A stretch of DNA of 64,000 bases from Betaproteobacteria bacterium (GTDB taxonomy: Bacteria > Pseudomonadota > Gammaproteobacteria > Burkholderiales > Burkholderiaceae_C), in the NCBI GenBank assembly GCA_031383435.1, contig JANMZP010000005.1, forward strand, positions 9,007 to 73,006, given 5' to 3'. Below are positions 50,883 through 61,814 of the stretch, piece after piece. Both the position numbers and the translations under genes were made by a program. The notes under the pieces were generated by a model. That model saw only the letters and a list, made by a program, of their open reading frames with translations. It did no database searches and had not been told where the DNA came from. The number at the start of each line of letters is the position of its first letter. Position 1 is the first letter of the stretch.

Positions 50883-53221
50883 TCGTCGCGCTTGGGCACG
50901 ATGATTTCACGGTTGCCGTTGTGGCCCATCGCGGTCACCAGGCCCGACTTTTCCATCTGTTCCAGCAAGCGCGCGGCGCGGTTGTAGCCGATGCGCAAGT
51001 GGCGCTGCACCAGCGAGATCGACGCCCGGCGGTGCTGCAGCACGACTTCCACGGCCTGGTCGTACATCGCGTCCGATTCACCACCAGCCGCGCCACCGCC
51101 ACCCTCGGCAGCGGCCGCTTCGCCGTCGAGCACGCCGCCTTCCAGAATGCCTTCGATGTAATTGGGTTCGCCCTGGGTCTTCAAGTAACTCACAACGCGG
51201 TGGACCTCGTCGTCGCTGACAAAGGCACCGTGCACGCGCACCGGCAGGCCGGTGCCGCTGGCCATGTAGAGCATGTCGCCCATGCCCAACAGGGCTTCGG
51301 CGCCCATCTGGTCGAGGATGGTGCGGCTGTCGATCTTGCTGCTCACCTGGAAGCTCAGGCGCGTCGGAATGTTCGCCTTGATCAGGCCGGTGATGACGTC
51401 CACACTGGGCCGTTGTGTGGCCAGGATCAAATGGATGCCCGCGGCGCGCGCCTTCTGCGCCAGCCGTGCAATCAGCTCTTCGATCTTCTTGCCGATGACC
51501 ATCATCAGGTCGGCCAGCTCGTCGATGACGACGACGATGTGCGGCAGGCGGTCCAGCGGCTCGGGCTCCTCCGGCGTCAGGCTGAAGGGGTTGGGCAGCT
51601 TCTCGCCGCGTTCGGCGGCATCGGCAATCTTCTTGTTGTAGCCGGCCAGGTTGCGCACGCCCAGCTTGCTGAGCAGCTTGTAGCGGCGCTCCATCTCGCC
51701 AACACACCAGTTCAGCGCGTTGCTGGCCTGCTTCATGTCGGTGACCACCGGCGCCAGCAGGTGCGGGATGCCTTCGTAGACGCTCATTTCCAGCATCTTG
51801 GGGTCGATCAGGATCAGCCTCACGTCGCGCGCTTCGGCCTTGTAGAGCAGGCTCAGGATCATCGCGTTGATGCCCACGCTCTTGCCCGAACCGGTGGTGC
51901 CGGCCACCAGGCAGTGCGGCATCTTGGCCAGATCGGCCACCACCGGCTTGCCGACGATGTCCTTGCCCAGGCCCATGGTCAGCATCGAAGCCGAATCGTT
52001 GTAGACGTCGGAGCCCAGGATCTCGCTCAGGCGGATGGTCTGGCGGCGCGCATTCGGCAATTCCAGCGCCATGTAGTTCTTGCCCGGAATCACCTCGACG
52101 ACGCGGATGCTGACCAGCGAGAGTGATCTCGCCAGGTCGCGCGCCAGGCCCACCACCTGCGCGCCCTTCACGCCGGTGGCCGGTTCGATCTCGTAACGCG
52201 TGATCACCGGGCCGGGGCTGGCCGCCACCACACGCACCTCGACCCCGAAGTCCTTGAGCTTCTTTTCGATGAGCCGCGAGGTCATCTCGATGGACTCGGA
52301 CGTGACCGTTTCCTGCTTGCCGGCGGCGGTCACCGCGTCCAGCAGGTCGACCTGCGGCAGCTTGGTGTCCTGCAGTTCGACGAAGAGCGGCTGCTGGCGT
52401 TCCTTGGCCACCCGCTGCGACTTGGGAATCTCGGGCGCGGCCGGCTCGATGACCACGGGCACGTGCTCTTGCACCTCGATGCGCTGCACCTCGACGATTT
52501 CCTCGCGTTCGCGCGCAGCAGCCTCACCCAGGCGGCGGTCTTCCTCGGCTTCCCTGCGGTCGATGCGGCTGGCGCGCAGGCGGTCGAACTGCTGGCCGAT
52601 GGCATCGGCCACCTGCAGCCATGAAAAACGCAGCGCCAGCGACGCACCGGTCACCAGCATGGCGATCCACAACACGCCCGAACCGGCGAAGCCCAGCCAG
52701 CGCATCGACAAGGGCCCCAGCGTGTAGCCCAGCACGCCACCGGCGTGGCCGGGCAGCAGCGTTTCCCAACGGTACAGGCGGGTCCATTCCAGCGCGCTGC
52801 TGGCGGCCAGCAACAGGAACAGGCCCAGCCAGAACAAGCCGCGTGGCGCCGGCGCCGGCGCCGGTGCGGTTTCGGCAGCGCTGGGCGCGTCGCTGCGCAG
52901 CAGGCCGGCCAGCGCCGACAGCCAGGCACGCAGGCCCACAGGCACCAGCCACCAGGCCGAAAAACCGAAGAGGAAGAGCGCCATGTCCGAAATGCGGGCA
53001 CCCAGCAAGCCGGCCTTGTTGCGCAGCGGCTCGCCGGTGCCGGACGTGCTGAAGGCTGCGTCGCTGACCTGGTGGGTGACCAGGGCCAGCAGGAAGAGCA
53101 ACCAGGCCAGGGCGGCCAGCAAGAGCAGCGCCTGGCGGCGCCAGCGCGGCACTTCAACCACAGGCAGGGCGGCAGCGCTGGCCGCGCCGTCACCACGCAG
53201 GGAACCGAGGGGGAAACTCAT
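50879..53221 (-). CDS. ftsK: DNA translocase FtsK
   Basis: N-terminal TM segments, a linker, and a motor domain ([36 protein letters not shown]). The gamma domain has a winged helix ([23 protein letters not shown]). ATG 53221 is preferred over GTG 53248. Confidence 0.95.
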   Translation of the reverse strand: MSFPLGSLRGDGAASAAALPVVEVPRWRRQALLLLAALAWLLFLLALVTHQVSDAAFSTSGTGEPLRNKAGLLGARISDMALFLFGFSAWWLVPVGLRAWLSALAGLLRSDAPSAAETAPAPAPAPRGLFWLGLFLLLAASSALEWTRLYRWETLLPGHAGGVLGYTLGPLSMRWLGFAGSGVLWIAMLVTGASLALRFSWLQVADAIGQQFDRLRASRIDRREAEEDRRLGEAAAREREEIVEVQRIEVQEHVPVVIEPAAPEIPKSQRVAKERQQPLFVELQDTKLPQVDLLDAVTAAGKQETVTSESIEMTSRLIEKKLKDFGVEVRVVAASPGPVITRYEIEPATGVKGAQVVGLARDLARSLSLVSIRVVEVIPGKNYMALELPNARRQTIRLSEILGSDVYNDSASMLTMGLGKDIVGKPVVADLAKMPHCLVAGTTGSGKSVGINAMILSLLYKAEARDVRLILIDPKMLEMSVYEGIPHLLAPVVTDMKQASNALNWCVGEMERRYKLLSKLGVRNLAGYNKKIADAAERGEKLPNPFSLTPEEPEPLDRLPHIVVVIDELADLMMVIGKKIEELIARLAQKARAAGIHLILATQRPSVDVITGLIKANIPTRLSFQVSSKIDSRTILDQMGAEALLGMGDMLYMASGTGLPVRVHGAFVSDDEVHRVVSYLKTQGEPNYIEGILEGGVLDGEAAAAEGGGGAAGGESDAMYDQAVEVVLQHRRASISLVQRHLRIGYNRAARLLEQMEKSGLVTAMGHNGNREIIVPKRDE

Positions 53222-53263
53222 GCGGCGGATTGTGGCCGATCGGGCCACGCCGCCCGGACGGGA

Positions 53264-53932
53264 TCAGTCCTGCGGCAGCCGTTCCTTGATGACGACGAAA
53301 CCGTTCTCCTGCGTCTCGATGACGCCGCGTTCTTCCAGGTCTTTCATGACCCGGCTGACCATCTCGCGCGAAGCGCCCACCACTTTGGCCATGTCCTGGC
53401 GGCTGACCTTGTGGCGGATGATCTTGGTGCCGTCGATTTCTTCGGCCATGTCCAGCAGCGTGCGCGCAACGCGGCCGTAAACGTCCAGCAGCGCCAGCGA
53501 TTCGATCTGCCGGTCGGCATTGCGCAGCCGGCGCACCAGGCCGCGCAAGATGCCGTAGCTGAGTGTGGACGCTTCCGGCAGGCAACGCGCGAAATCGCCC
53601 CGCGCCAGGACCAGCATGTCGGTCTGGATTTCAGCCCTTACGGTGGCGCTGTGGGGTTCGTTGTCGATGAGGCTCATCTCGCCGACGTAGTCACCCGATT
53701 CCAGCACCGCCAGGATGACTTCGCGGCCACGCGTGTCGGCCGTCAAGACCCGGGCCCGGCCATTCAGCAGAATAAACAGCGCATTGCTCTTGCGGCCTTG
53801 CTCGACGACCAGTTCACCCCGGCGGAAGCGGCGCTTGACCACGCTGTCGGCGATGGCCTGGGCCTGCTCGGCGGTGAGCATGGAGAACAGGGGCACGCGG
53901 CGGATCAGGTCCAGGTTCGACAGCATCGACAT
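53264..53932 (-). CDS. Crp/Fnr-family transcriptional regulator
   Basis: cNMP-binding domain (LFILLNGRARV...GDYVGEMSLID) and a C-terminal HTH (SRQDMAKVVGASREMVSRVMKDL). There is no N-terminal Cys cluster, so it is not an FNR-type O2 sensor. Confidence 0.88.
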   Translation of the reverse strand: MSMLSNLDLIRRVPLFSMLTAEQAQAIADSVVKRRFRRGELVVEQGRKSNALFILLNGRARVLTADTRGREVILAVLESGDYVGEMSLIDNEPHSATVRAEIQTDMLVLARGDFARCLPEASTLSYGILRGLVRRLRNADRQIESLALLDVYGRVARTLLDMAEEIDGTKIIRHKVSRQDMAKVVGASREMVSRVMKDLEERGVIETQENGFVVIKERLPQD

Positions 53933-54097
53933 CGAGACACTCCTCTTGTTGTGTTGAGGCTAATGACAGGGGTGTTGGGCGCGCCCTGTCTGCAAGAATC
54001 CGGCTATTGTGCCCACGGACCTATATGCCAATTTATCGGCATCTTCCGTTGAATCTGCAGGGCCCCAAGCCCAGATATGACACCCATACACCGCTGA

Positions 54098-55123
<1,026 letters not shown>

Positions 55124-55182
55124 TCGGGGAGTCGGGCTATACTCACTGGCTTTGCTGGCGTCTGAGCATCAGCGCTGCTGCT

Positions 55183-55218
55183 GCAAAATCCACAGCAAAA
55201 TCCACAGCAAAATCCACA
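55183..55218. repeat. 3 x perfect 12-nt tandem repeat (gcaaaatccaca), each containing a DnaA-box-like AAATCCACA
   Basis: Read directly from the sequence. It lies in the trxB-rpmB intergenic region, about 125 nt upstream of the rpmB ATG. Confidence 0.9.
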
Positions 55219-55342
55219 GAAGACCCACGGGAAACCGCCACCCGCATCTGGCGAGGTCAAGCCGTCACCCACCGCGTCACCCACTGCAGACTTCCTGCTC
55301 TGGCATGTTTTCGGTACCGGCTGTTTGAGAAAGAGTCATGCT

Positions 55343-55579
55343 ATGGCACGCAAGTGCGAAGTCACGGGCAAAGGCCCGATGGTGGGGAACAACGTTTCCC
55401 ATGCCAACAACAAAACCAAGCGTCGGTTTCTGCCGAACCTGCAGTACCGCCGTTTCTGGGTAGAGACCGAAAACCGTTGGGTGCGCCTGCGCATCACCAA
55501 TGCGGCTCTGCGCCTCATCGACAAGAAGGGTATCGACGTGGTCCTGAGCGACCTGCGTGCCCGCGGTAACGCTGTTTAA
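55343..55579 (+). CDS. rpmB: 50S ribosomal protein L28
   Basis: [34 protein letters not shown]... Start at ATG 55343. Confidence 0.97.
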   Translation: MARKCEVTGKGPMVGNNVSHANNKTKRRFLPNLQYRRFWVETENRWVRLRITNAALRLIDKKGIDVVLSDLRARGNAV

Positions 55580-55591
55580 GGAGCACACACC

Positions 55592-55762
55592 ATGGCAAGC
55601 AAAGGTGGACGCGAAAAGATCAAGCTGGAATCGACCGCCGGCACCGGTCATTTCTACACGACCAGCAAGAACAAGAAGACGACGCCCGAAAAGCTCGAAT
55701 TCCTGAAGTTCGATCCGAAGGCCCGCAAGCACGTGCTGTACAAGGAAATCAAGCTGCGTTAA
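55592..55762 (+). CDS. rpmG: 50S ribosomal protein L33
   Basis: Absent from the ORF track (56 aa). My translation is [56 protein letters not shown]. An RBS (aaggag) sits 7 nt upstream. Confidence 0.95.
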   Translation: MASKGGREKIKLESTAGTGHFYTTSKNKKTTPEKLEFLKFDPKARKHVLYKEIKLR

Positions 55763-55780
55763 CGCGCCGCCTGTCCCCAT

Positions 55781-55810
55781 AAAAAACCCGCCATTGGCGG
55801 GTTTTTTGTT
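55781..55810 (+). terminator. rho-independent terminator of rpmB-rpmG
   Basis: aaaaaacccgcc-attg-ggcgggtttttt is a perfect stem followed by a T-tract, 19 nt after the rpmG stop. Confidence 0.85.
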
Positions 55811-55823
55811 GCCTTGGTGCAGA

Positions 55824-55899
55824 CGCCGCAGAACCGGCTTTGCCGGGCCGCTGGCATCGCCCCTTTGAGGGGAGCGACGCCAGCCGCTTCGGGGGTGGG
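55824..55899. repeat. REP-like intergenic element, copy B (immediately 3' of the Leu/Ile/Val-binding protein gene)
   Basis: The block cgccgcAgaaccggctttgccgggccgctggc matches 44437..44468. It is followed by the hairpin GCTGGCATCGCCCCT-ttg-AGGGGAGCGACGCCAGC. Confidence 0.75.
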
Positions 55900-57042
55900 T
55901 TACCTCACCACGGCGATCTGCTCGCGCTTGCCCGACTTGTAGGTGTACAGCGTCAGCGAACCGTTGTTGATGTCGCCCTTGGTGTCGAAGCCGATGTTGC
56001 CGGTCACGCCCTTGTAGTCCTTGGTGGCGGCCAGTGCGGGCAGGTACTTGGCCGGTTCGGCAGAGCCCGCTTTCACCATCGCAGCGACCATCACGTTGAC
56101 AGCGTCGTAGACGTAGGGCGCGTAGACCTGAACGTCAACCTTGAACTTCTTCTTGTAGGCGGCGTAGAAGTCGTCCATGGACTTCTTGCTGCCGCCGTCA
56201 ACGCCACCGGCTTCGGCGCACACCACCTGGCTGTCGGCAATGGAGCCGGCTGCCAGTTCGGGCAGGCCTGAGGTGCAGATGCCGTCGCCGCCCATGAACT
56301 TGGCGCTGATGCCCAGTTGCTTCATCTGGCGCAGCATCGGGCCGGCCTGCGAGTGCATGCCACCGTAGAAGATGACGTCTGGCTTCTTGGCCTTGGCGGC
56401 GGTCAGGATGGCGGTGAAATCGGTGGCCTTGTCGTTGGTGTACTGGCGGTCAGCGGTCTTGCCGCCGGCGGCCACAACGCCCTTGCCGAACTCGTCGGCC
56501 ACGCCCTGGCCGTAGGCCGAGCGGTCGTCGATGACGACAATGCTCTTGCCCTTCAGTTCCTTCACGGCGTACTTGCCCAGGGAACTGCCGATCTGCCCGT
56601 CATTCGCGACCACGCGGAAGGTGGTCTTGAAGCCTTGCAGCGTGTACTTGGTGTTGGTCGCCGAGGGGCTGATCTGCGGAATGCCGGCGTCGCTGTAGAT
56701 CTTGGAGGCTGGGATGGATGTCCCTGAATTCAGGTGGCCGATGACGCCGTTGACCTTGCTGTCGACCAGTTTCTGGGCCGCCGCCGTGCCCTGCTTCGGG
56801 TCGGCCTGGTCGTCTTCGGCCACCAGTTCGAACTTGGCCTTCTTGCCGCCAATCATCACGCCCTTGGCGTTGAGTTCGTCGATGGCCATGCGGGCACCGT
56901 TCTCGTTGTCCTTGCCGATGTCGGCCTGCTGGCCGCTGGTCGGTGCCACATGGCCGATCTTCACGATCATGTCCTGGGCACAGGCGGAGCCGGCAAACGC
57001 CACAACGGCGGCAGCGGTGATCAGGTTCAGTTTGACTTGCAT
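55900..57042 (-). CDS. branched-chain amino acid ABC transporter substrate-binding protein (LivJ/LivK-like)
   Basis: Start at ATG 57042 (MQVKLNLITAAAVVAFAGSACA, a signal peptide). Type I periplasmic binding fold motifs (IGHVAPTSGQQADIGKDNENGARMAIDELNA). Confidence 0.9.
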   Translation of the reverse strand: MQVKLNLITAAAVVAFAGSACAQDMIVKIGHVAPTSGQQADIGKDNENGARMAIDELNAKGVMIGGKKAKFELVAEDDQADPKQGTAAAQKLVDSKVNGVIGHLNSGTSIPASKIYSDAGIPQISPSATNTKYTLQGFKTTFRVVANDGQIGSSLGKYAVKELKGKSIVVIDDRSAYGQGVADEFGKGVVAAGGKTADRQYTNDKATDFTAILTAAKAKKPDVIFYGGMHSQAGPMLRQMKQLGISAKFMGGDGICTSGLPELAAGSIADSQVVCAEAGGVDGGSKKSMDDFYAAYKKKFKVDVQVYAPYVYDAVNVMVAAMVKAGSAEPAKYLPALAATKDYKGVTGNIGFDTKGDINNGSLTLYTYKSGKREQIAVVR

Positions 57043-57119
57043 GCAAAGACCTCCTTGGGGGTTGGAAAAAAACCAAGCGGCGCACGATAACCGAAACAAC
57101 CGTCACAACCCGGTGGTAG

Positions 57120-57557
57120 TCACTGCGGCGATCGGGGCCTGCGCGCCTGCGCGACGGATTCTTCGACCAGGCTGCGCAAGGTGGGTGCCAGTTCAGCCCG
57201 CGCGTCGCGGATCAGGCCATCGGCGGCGCGGGCCAGGACCGGTGCCAGGGCTTCGCGCAAGCGGGTTTCCAGCAGGCCACCGACGCGCGGTTCCAGCAAG
57301 GCCAGCACCTGCGCAACGAGATCGGCATCGGTGGCCGGAAGGGGCGCAAGGGGCGCAAGGGCCGACCCTGGCGGCTGGGCCGCCAGGGTCGGCAGCGGCG
57401 CAAGGGGCACCGTTGGCGCGCCCTGGCCGATGGCGAGGTTGACCGCCAACTCCATGGGCAGCGGCCGCTCTGGCACCGTGCCCCGCCCGAGTTCCAGCAC
57501 CTCGGTCAGCGTGGGCAGGCGGTCCAGGTTCAGGTTCGGCAGCGCTTCATCGGCCAT
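57120..57557 (-). CDS. hypothetical Ala/Leu/Pro-rich protein downstream of holC
   Basis: ATG lies 3 nt after the holC stop. GC3 is strong throughout. I recognise no family and see no TM segment or signal peptide. Confidence 0.6.
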   Translation of the reverse strand: MADEALPNLNLDRLPTLTEVLELGRGTVPERPLPMELAVNLAIGQGAPTVPLAPLPTLAAQPPGSALAPLAPLPATDADLVAQVLALLEPRVGGLLETRLREALAPVLARAADGLIRDARAELAPTLRSLVEESVAQARRPRSPQ

Positions 57558-57560
57558 CGG

Positions 57561-58001
57561 TCAGCTGCCCCGGTGGTGCACGATGTTCAGCCCGGCGGCT
57601 TTGTAGGCCCGCCAGCGGGCACGGCCGCGATCGACGTCGTCGGTGTCGGTGGACAGCACCTCGATCAGGCGGTCCAGGGCTTGCCAATCGGCGGGTGCAT
57701 CGGCACCCAGGTTGACCACCAGGCGCGGCACCGGGCCGGCCGCCGCTTCGTCAGCCACGGGGGACGCCGCTGCCAACCAGATCGGCGTGCGCCGGCGCAA
57801 CGCCGCTGCGCTGCCGGGCACGCGCACATGGGGCAGGAAGTCGCGCTCCTCGAAAGTCCACAGGCTGAGGTCCAGCGCCGTCAGCACCTCGGGCGGCGCC
57901 GTCACCAGCACGCGCGCGCCGCTGCGGCAGGCCTTGCGCAGCAGCCGGCAAGCGAAGCCGATGCGGTCGGCCACGCCGGTGTGGAATTCGACTTCCGTCA
58001 C
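57561..58001 (-). CDS. holC: DNA polymerase III subunit chi
   Basis: GTG start. (V)TEVEFHTGVADRIGFACRLLRKA...LWTFEERDFLPH is typical of betaproteobacterial HolC. It sits downstream of pepA, the conserved arrangement. Confidence 0.85.
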   Translation of the reverse strand: MTEVEFHTGVADRIGFACRLLRKACRSGARVLVTAPPEVLTALDLSLWTFEERDFLPHVRVPGSAAALRRRTPIWLAAASPVADEAAAGPVPRLVVNLGADAPADWQALDRLIEVLSTDTDDVDRGRARWRAYKAAGLNIVHHRGS

Positions 58002-58020
58002 CGCAACGCGCGGCTGAAGG

Positions 58021-59481
58021 TCACTGGGCGCGGGCCAGAACGAAGTGCGTCAGCAAGGGTACCGGTCGGCCAGTGGAGCCTTTGGCGGCACCCGACTTCC
58101 AGGCCGTGCCGGCCACGTCCAGGTGCGCCCACCGCTGCTTGGCGGTGTAGCGCTGCAGGAACTTGGCGGCGGTGATGGCACCACCGGCGCGGCCACCCAC
58201 GTTGCCCATGTCGGCAAAGTTGCTCTTCAGCGGCTCGTCGTATTCCTCATCCAGTGGCATGCGCCAGGCCGGGTCGCCGGCTTGTTCGCCGGCCGTCAAC
58301 AGTTCGGCTGCCAGCGCGTCGTCGGGGCTGAACAAGCCCGAACGGTGGCCGCCCAGCGCGATGACGCAAGCGCCCGTCAGCGTGGCGATGTCCACCGTCA
58401 CGGCCGGCTTGAAGCGCTCGACGTAGGTCAGCGCGTCGCACAGGATCAGGCGGCCTTCGGCGTCGGTGTTCAGCACCTCGATGGTCTGTCCGGACAGGCT
58501 GACGACCACGTCGCCCGGCTTCACGGAGCGGCCGCTGGGCATGTTCTCGCAGGCCGGGATCACGCCGATCAGATTGACCTTGGCCTTCAACAAGGCCACG
58601 GCCTTCAGGGTGCCCAGCACGCTGGCCGCACCCCCCATGTCGAACTTCATCTCGTCCATTTCGCCGGCCGGCTTGATGGAGATGCCGCCGGTATCGAAGG
58701 TGATGCCCTTGCCGACCAGCACGATGGGCGCCGCGTTCTTGGCACCACCGTTGTAGCGCGCGACGATGAACTTCAGCGGTTCATCAGAGCCCTGAGCCAC
58801 CGACAGGAAGGAGCCCATGCCCAGCTTCTCGCAGTCCTTGCGCTCCAGGATTTCAACCTTCAGGCCGTGTTCCTTGCCCAGCAGCTTGGCTTGCTCGGCC
58901 AGGTAGGTGGGGGTGCAGACATTGCCCGGGCGGTTGGCGCATTCGCGGGCCAGGTCGGTACCGGCGGCGATGGCCTCGCCACGTTTCAGGCCGGCAGCCA
59001 CCGCCGGGATTTCGGCCTTGGCGCAGACCACGCTGACCAGCGCCAACTTGGACGGCGCGGCGGCGCTGGGCTTGGTGGCGCGGTAGATGTAGGTGGCTTC
59101 GCACACCGCAGTGGCCAGGGTCTCGGCCTGCGCGAGCGTCCACTCGGCACCACCGGCCATCGTCACAGCCAGGCGGGCCGCGCCGCTGCCCTTGAGCAGC
59201 GCCAGCGCGGCCGCAACGGCCTTGCGTAGCGGCTTGTTGGTGCCATCGCCCACGTGGGCGAAGACCACGCGCGACACTTTGACGCCGGCCACCCGGTAGG
59301 CGTACAGCGTCTGCCCGGGCTTGAAGGCGAAGTCGCCGTCTTTGCTGGCCGCAGCCAACACATCGGCCAGTGGGGCGTCCAGGCCTTCGGGCACAGCGGG
59401 GGATGCCACCAGCACCAGCAGCGCGTCCGCGGCCATGCCGGCCAGGCCCGCAGCCCCGGTCACTTGCGTCTTGAAGTCCAT
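58021..59481 (-). CDS. pepA: leucyl aminopeptidase (M17)
   Basis: Start at ATG 59481 (MDFKTQV). M17 motifs VGKGITFDTGGISIKP and NTDAEGRLILCDAL. Confidence 0.95.
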   Translation of the reverse strand: MDFKTQVTGAAGLAGMAADALLVLVASPAVPEGLDAPLADVLAAASKDGDFAFKPGQTLYAYRVAGVKVSRVVFAHVGDGTNKPLRKAVAAALALLKGSGAARLAVTMAGGAEWTLAQAETLATAVCEATYIYRATKPSAAAPSKLALVSVVCAKAEIPAVAAGLKRGEAIAAGTDLARECANRPGNVCTPTYLAEQAKLLGKEHGLKVEILERKDCEKLGMGSFLSVAQGSDEPLKFIVARYNGGAKNAAPIVLVGKGITFDTGGISIKPAGEMDEMKFDMGGAASVLGTLKAVALLKAKVNLIGVIPACENMPSGRSVKPGDVVVSLSGQTIEVLNTDAEGRLILCDALTYVERFKPAVTVDIATLTGACVIALGGHRSGLFSPDDALAAELLTAGEQAGDPAWRMPLDEEYDEPLKSNFADMGNVGGRAGGAITAAKFLQRYTAKQRWAHLDVAGTAWKSGAAKGSTGRPVPLLTHFVLARAQ

Positions 59482-59508
59482 AATTACACCCAGCAATCAA
59501 AGCAGAAG

Positions 59509-60690
59509 ATGTTATTCGATTCAACTGTGCGCCGTGAGTTGGCCCGGGCCTTTGGCGCCACGCTGGTGGTCATGCTGACCATCGTGCTGACAACCTTCCT
59601 GATCCGCACCGTGGGCCAGGCGGCCGACGGCACCGTGTCGCCACAAGACGTGGTGCTGCTGCTGGGTTATGCGGCCATGGGCAACCTGCCGATCATGATG
59701 ACGCTGTCGCTCTTCGTGGCCATCGTGCTGACGCTGGGCCGCATGTACCGCGACAGCGAAATGGCGATCTGGTTTTCCAGCGGCATCGGCCTGTCGCGCT
59801 TCGTGCGCCCGGTGTTGCGCACCAGTTGGCCGGTGCTGCTGGCGGTGGCCGTGCTGCTGCTGGTGGTCTGGCCCTGGGGCAACCGCAACACGCTGGAATT
59901 GCGCGACCGCTACCAGCAGCGGTCTGACCTGTCACGCGTCACGCCGGGGGTTTTTCAGGCCTCCAGCGACGGCCAGCGGGTGTTCTTCATCGAACGCGGC
60001 AACAGCGCCGACGCAGCGGCCCCTGCGAACGCCGGGCAGGCCCGCAACGTCTTCATCCTGACCCAGCAAGAGCACGCTGAAGCGGTGACCTCGGCGCGCT
60101 CGGGCCGGCTGGAATCCGAAGGCAATGACCGCTTCCTGGTGCTGGAACGCGGCCAGCGCAACGACGTCGATCAGCAGACGGGCGAGCGCACCCTGTCCAG
60201 CTTCGAGCGTTACCGCGTCTTGGCCAGCGAACGCGCCGCGCGGGCCGCTGAAAGCACACCGCCCAAGGCCACCGGCACGCTGGAGCTGATTGCGCAACCC
60301 ACCGCGCGCGGCGAAGCAGAACTGACCTGGCGCTTCGGCCTGCTGCTGGGCGCGGCCAACCTGATGGTGCTGGGCGTGGGCCTGTCGGCCACCAACCCGC
60401 GTCGCGCCAGCAACTGGAATCTGCTGTTCGCCTTGCTGGCCTTCTTCACTTACTACAACCTCATCAACCTGTCGCAGGCCTGGGTCGCCAGTGGCCGGGT
60501 CGCGATGGGGCCGATGCTGCTGGGCCTGCACGGTTCGGCCTTCGCTGCCGCAGTGGCCCTGCTGTGGTGGCGCGACCATGCGGCCGTGCTGTCGTTCAAG
60601 TCACGCAAGCCGCGCAAGCCGCGCAAGCCCGCCAAACCCGACGTGCTGCAGCCCGCGCAGCAACCCGCACCGCCGCCCGCTTCGGCATGA
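59509..60690 (+). CDS. lptF: LPS export ABC transporter permease
   Basis: Start at ATG 59509 (MLFDSTVRRELARAFGATLVV). Divergent from pepA, the conserved arrangement. The C-terminal tail is basic and Pro-rich. Confidence 0.9.
   Translation: MLFDSTVRRELARAFGATLVVMLTIVLTTFLIRTVGQAADGTVSPQDVVLLLGYAAMGNLPIMMTLSLFVAIVLTLGRMYRDSEMAIWFSSGIGLSRFVRPVLRTSWPVLLAVAVLLLVVWPWGNRNTLELRDRYQQRSDLSRVTPGVFQASSDGQRVFFIERGNSADAAAPANAGQARNVFILTQQEHAEAVTSARSGRLESEGNDRFLVLERGQRNDVDQQTGERTLSSFERYRVLASERAARAAESTPPKATGTLELIAQPTARGEAELTWRFGLLLGAANLMVLGVGLSATNPRRASNWNLLFALLAFFTYYNLINLSQAWVASGRVAMGPMLLGLHGSAFAAAVALLWWRDHAAVLSFKSRKPRKPRKPAKPDVLQPAQQPAPPPASA
60604..60639. repeat. about 4 x 9-nt tandem repeat (cgcaagccg)
   Basis: It encodes RKPRKPRKPAKP in the LptF C-terminal tail. 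Confidence 0.85.
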
Positions 60691-60700
60691 AGGCCACCGC

Positions 60701-61810
60701 ATGAAGACCGTGCGCCGGCTGCTTTACCGCGACATCACCGCTTCGGTGTTTTTCGTCGCCCTGGCTTTCCTGTCGCTGTTCTTTTTCATCGACCTGGTCG
60801 ATGAACTGGACGGCGTGGGCCGCCGCGGCCGCACCACCTGGCACGCGCTGCAAGCGGCGCTGCTGGTGCTGCCCACCCATTTCTACGACCTGTTCCCGGT
60901 GGCCGTGCTGATCGGCACCATCTACTCGCTGGCACGCATGGCGCAGTCGTCCGAGTTCACGATCCTGCGCACCGGCGGCCTGGGCCCGGGTCGCGCGCTG
61001 GCGCTGCTGGCCGCGCTGGGCGTGGTGTTCGGCTTCATCACCTTCATCACCGGCGACGTCATCGCCCCGGCCAGCGAACGCGCCGCGCTGCAGCTCAAGG
61101 CGCGCTTCAATGGCGGCATCAAGCTGGACGGTGCGGGGGCCTGGCTGAAGGAGCGGCGCAGCACGCCCGACGGCGAACGCAGCTACTCGGTCAACGTGGC
61201 CGGAGCCAGCGGCGGCGGCGTGTTGGCAGGCATCCGCATCTTCGAATTCGACAGCGACGGCCGGCTGGTTGCGCGCACCCAGGCCCAGGAAGGTCGGGTC
61301 GCCGACGACGGCACCTGGACGCTCAGCGACGCCGAAGTCGCAGCCTGGCCACGCGCCCGCAGTGAAGGTGCGGCGGTGGTCATCACCAAGCAGGCCAGCC
61401 TGGCCTGGCCCAGCACGCTGACCGCCAGCGTGGTGGCCGCCGCCGTGCTGCCGCTGGGCTCGATGACGACGATGGAGCTGTGGCGCTACAGCGCCCACCT
61501 CAGCGACCAGGCGCAGGCCACCCAGCAGTACAAGATCCGCTTCTGGCGCAAGGCGCTGTACCCGCTGGCCTGCCTGGTGATGATGGCGCTGGCCCTGCCT
61601 TTCGCCTACCTGCACGCGCGCTCGGGCGGCATCAGCCTGAAGGTGTTCGGCGGCATCCTGCTGGGCATCAGCTTCGTGCTGCTGAACAACCTGACCGGCT
61701 TCGTCGGCATGCTGCAGGGCATGGCGCCGTGGGTCGCGGCGGCGGCACCCAGCGGCATCTACCTGCTGCTGTCGATGGCCGCCTTCGCCTGGCTGGTGCG
61801 CTACCGTTGA
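60701..61810 (+). CDS. lptG: LPS export ABC transporter permease
   Basis: Start at ATG 60701 (MKTVRRLLYRDITASVFFVALAFLSLFFFIDLVDEL). Confidence 0.9.
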   Translation: MKTVRRLLYRDITASVFFVALAFLSLFFFIDLVDELDGVGRRGRTTWHALQAALLVLPTHFYDLFPVAVLIGTIYSLARMAQSSEFTILRTGGLGPGRALALLAALGVVFGFITFITGDVIAPASERAALQLKARFNGGIKLDGAGAWLKERRSTPDGERSYSVNVAGASGGGVLAGIRIFEFDSDGRLVARTQAQEGRVADDGTWTLSDAEVAAWPRARSEGAAVVITKQASLAWPSTLTASVVAAAVLPLGSMTTMELWRYSAHLSDQAQATQQYKIRFWRKALYPLACLVMMALALPFAYLHARSGGISLKVFGGILLGISFVLLNNLTGFVGMLQGMAPWVAAAAPSGIYLLLSMAAFAWLVRYR

Positions 61811-61814
61811 GGCC

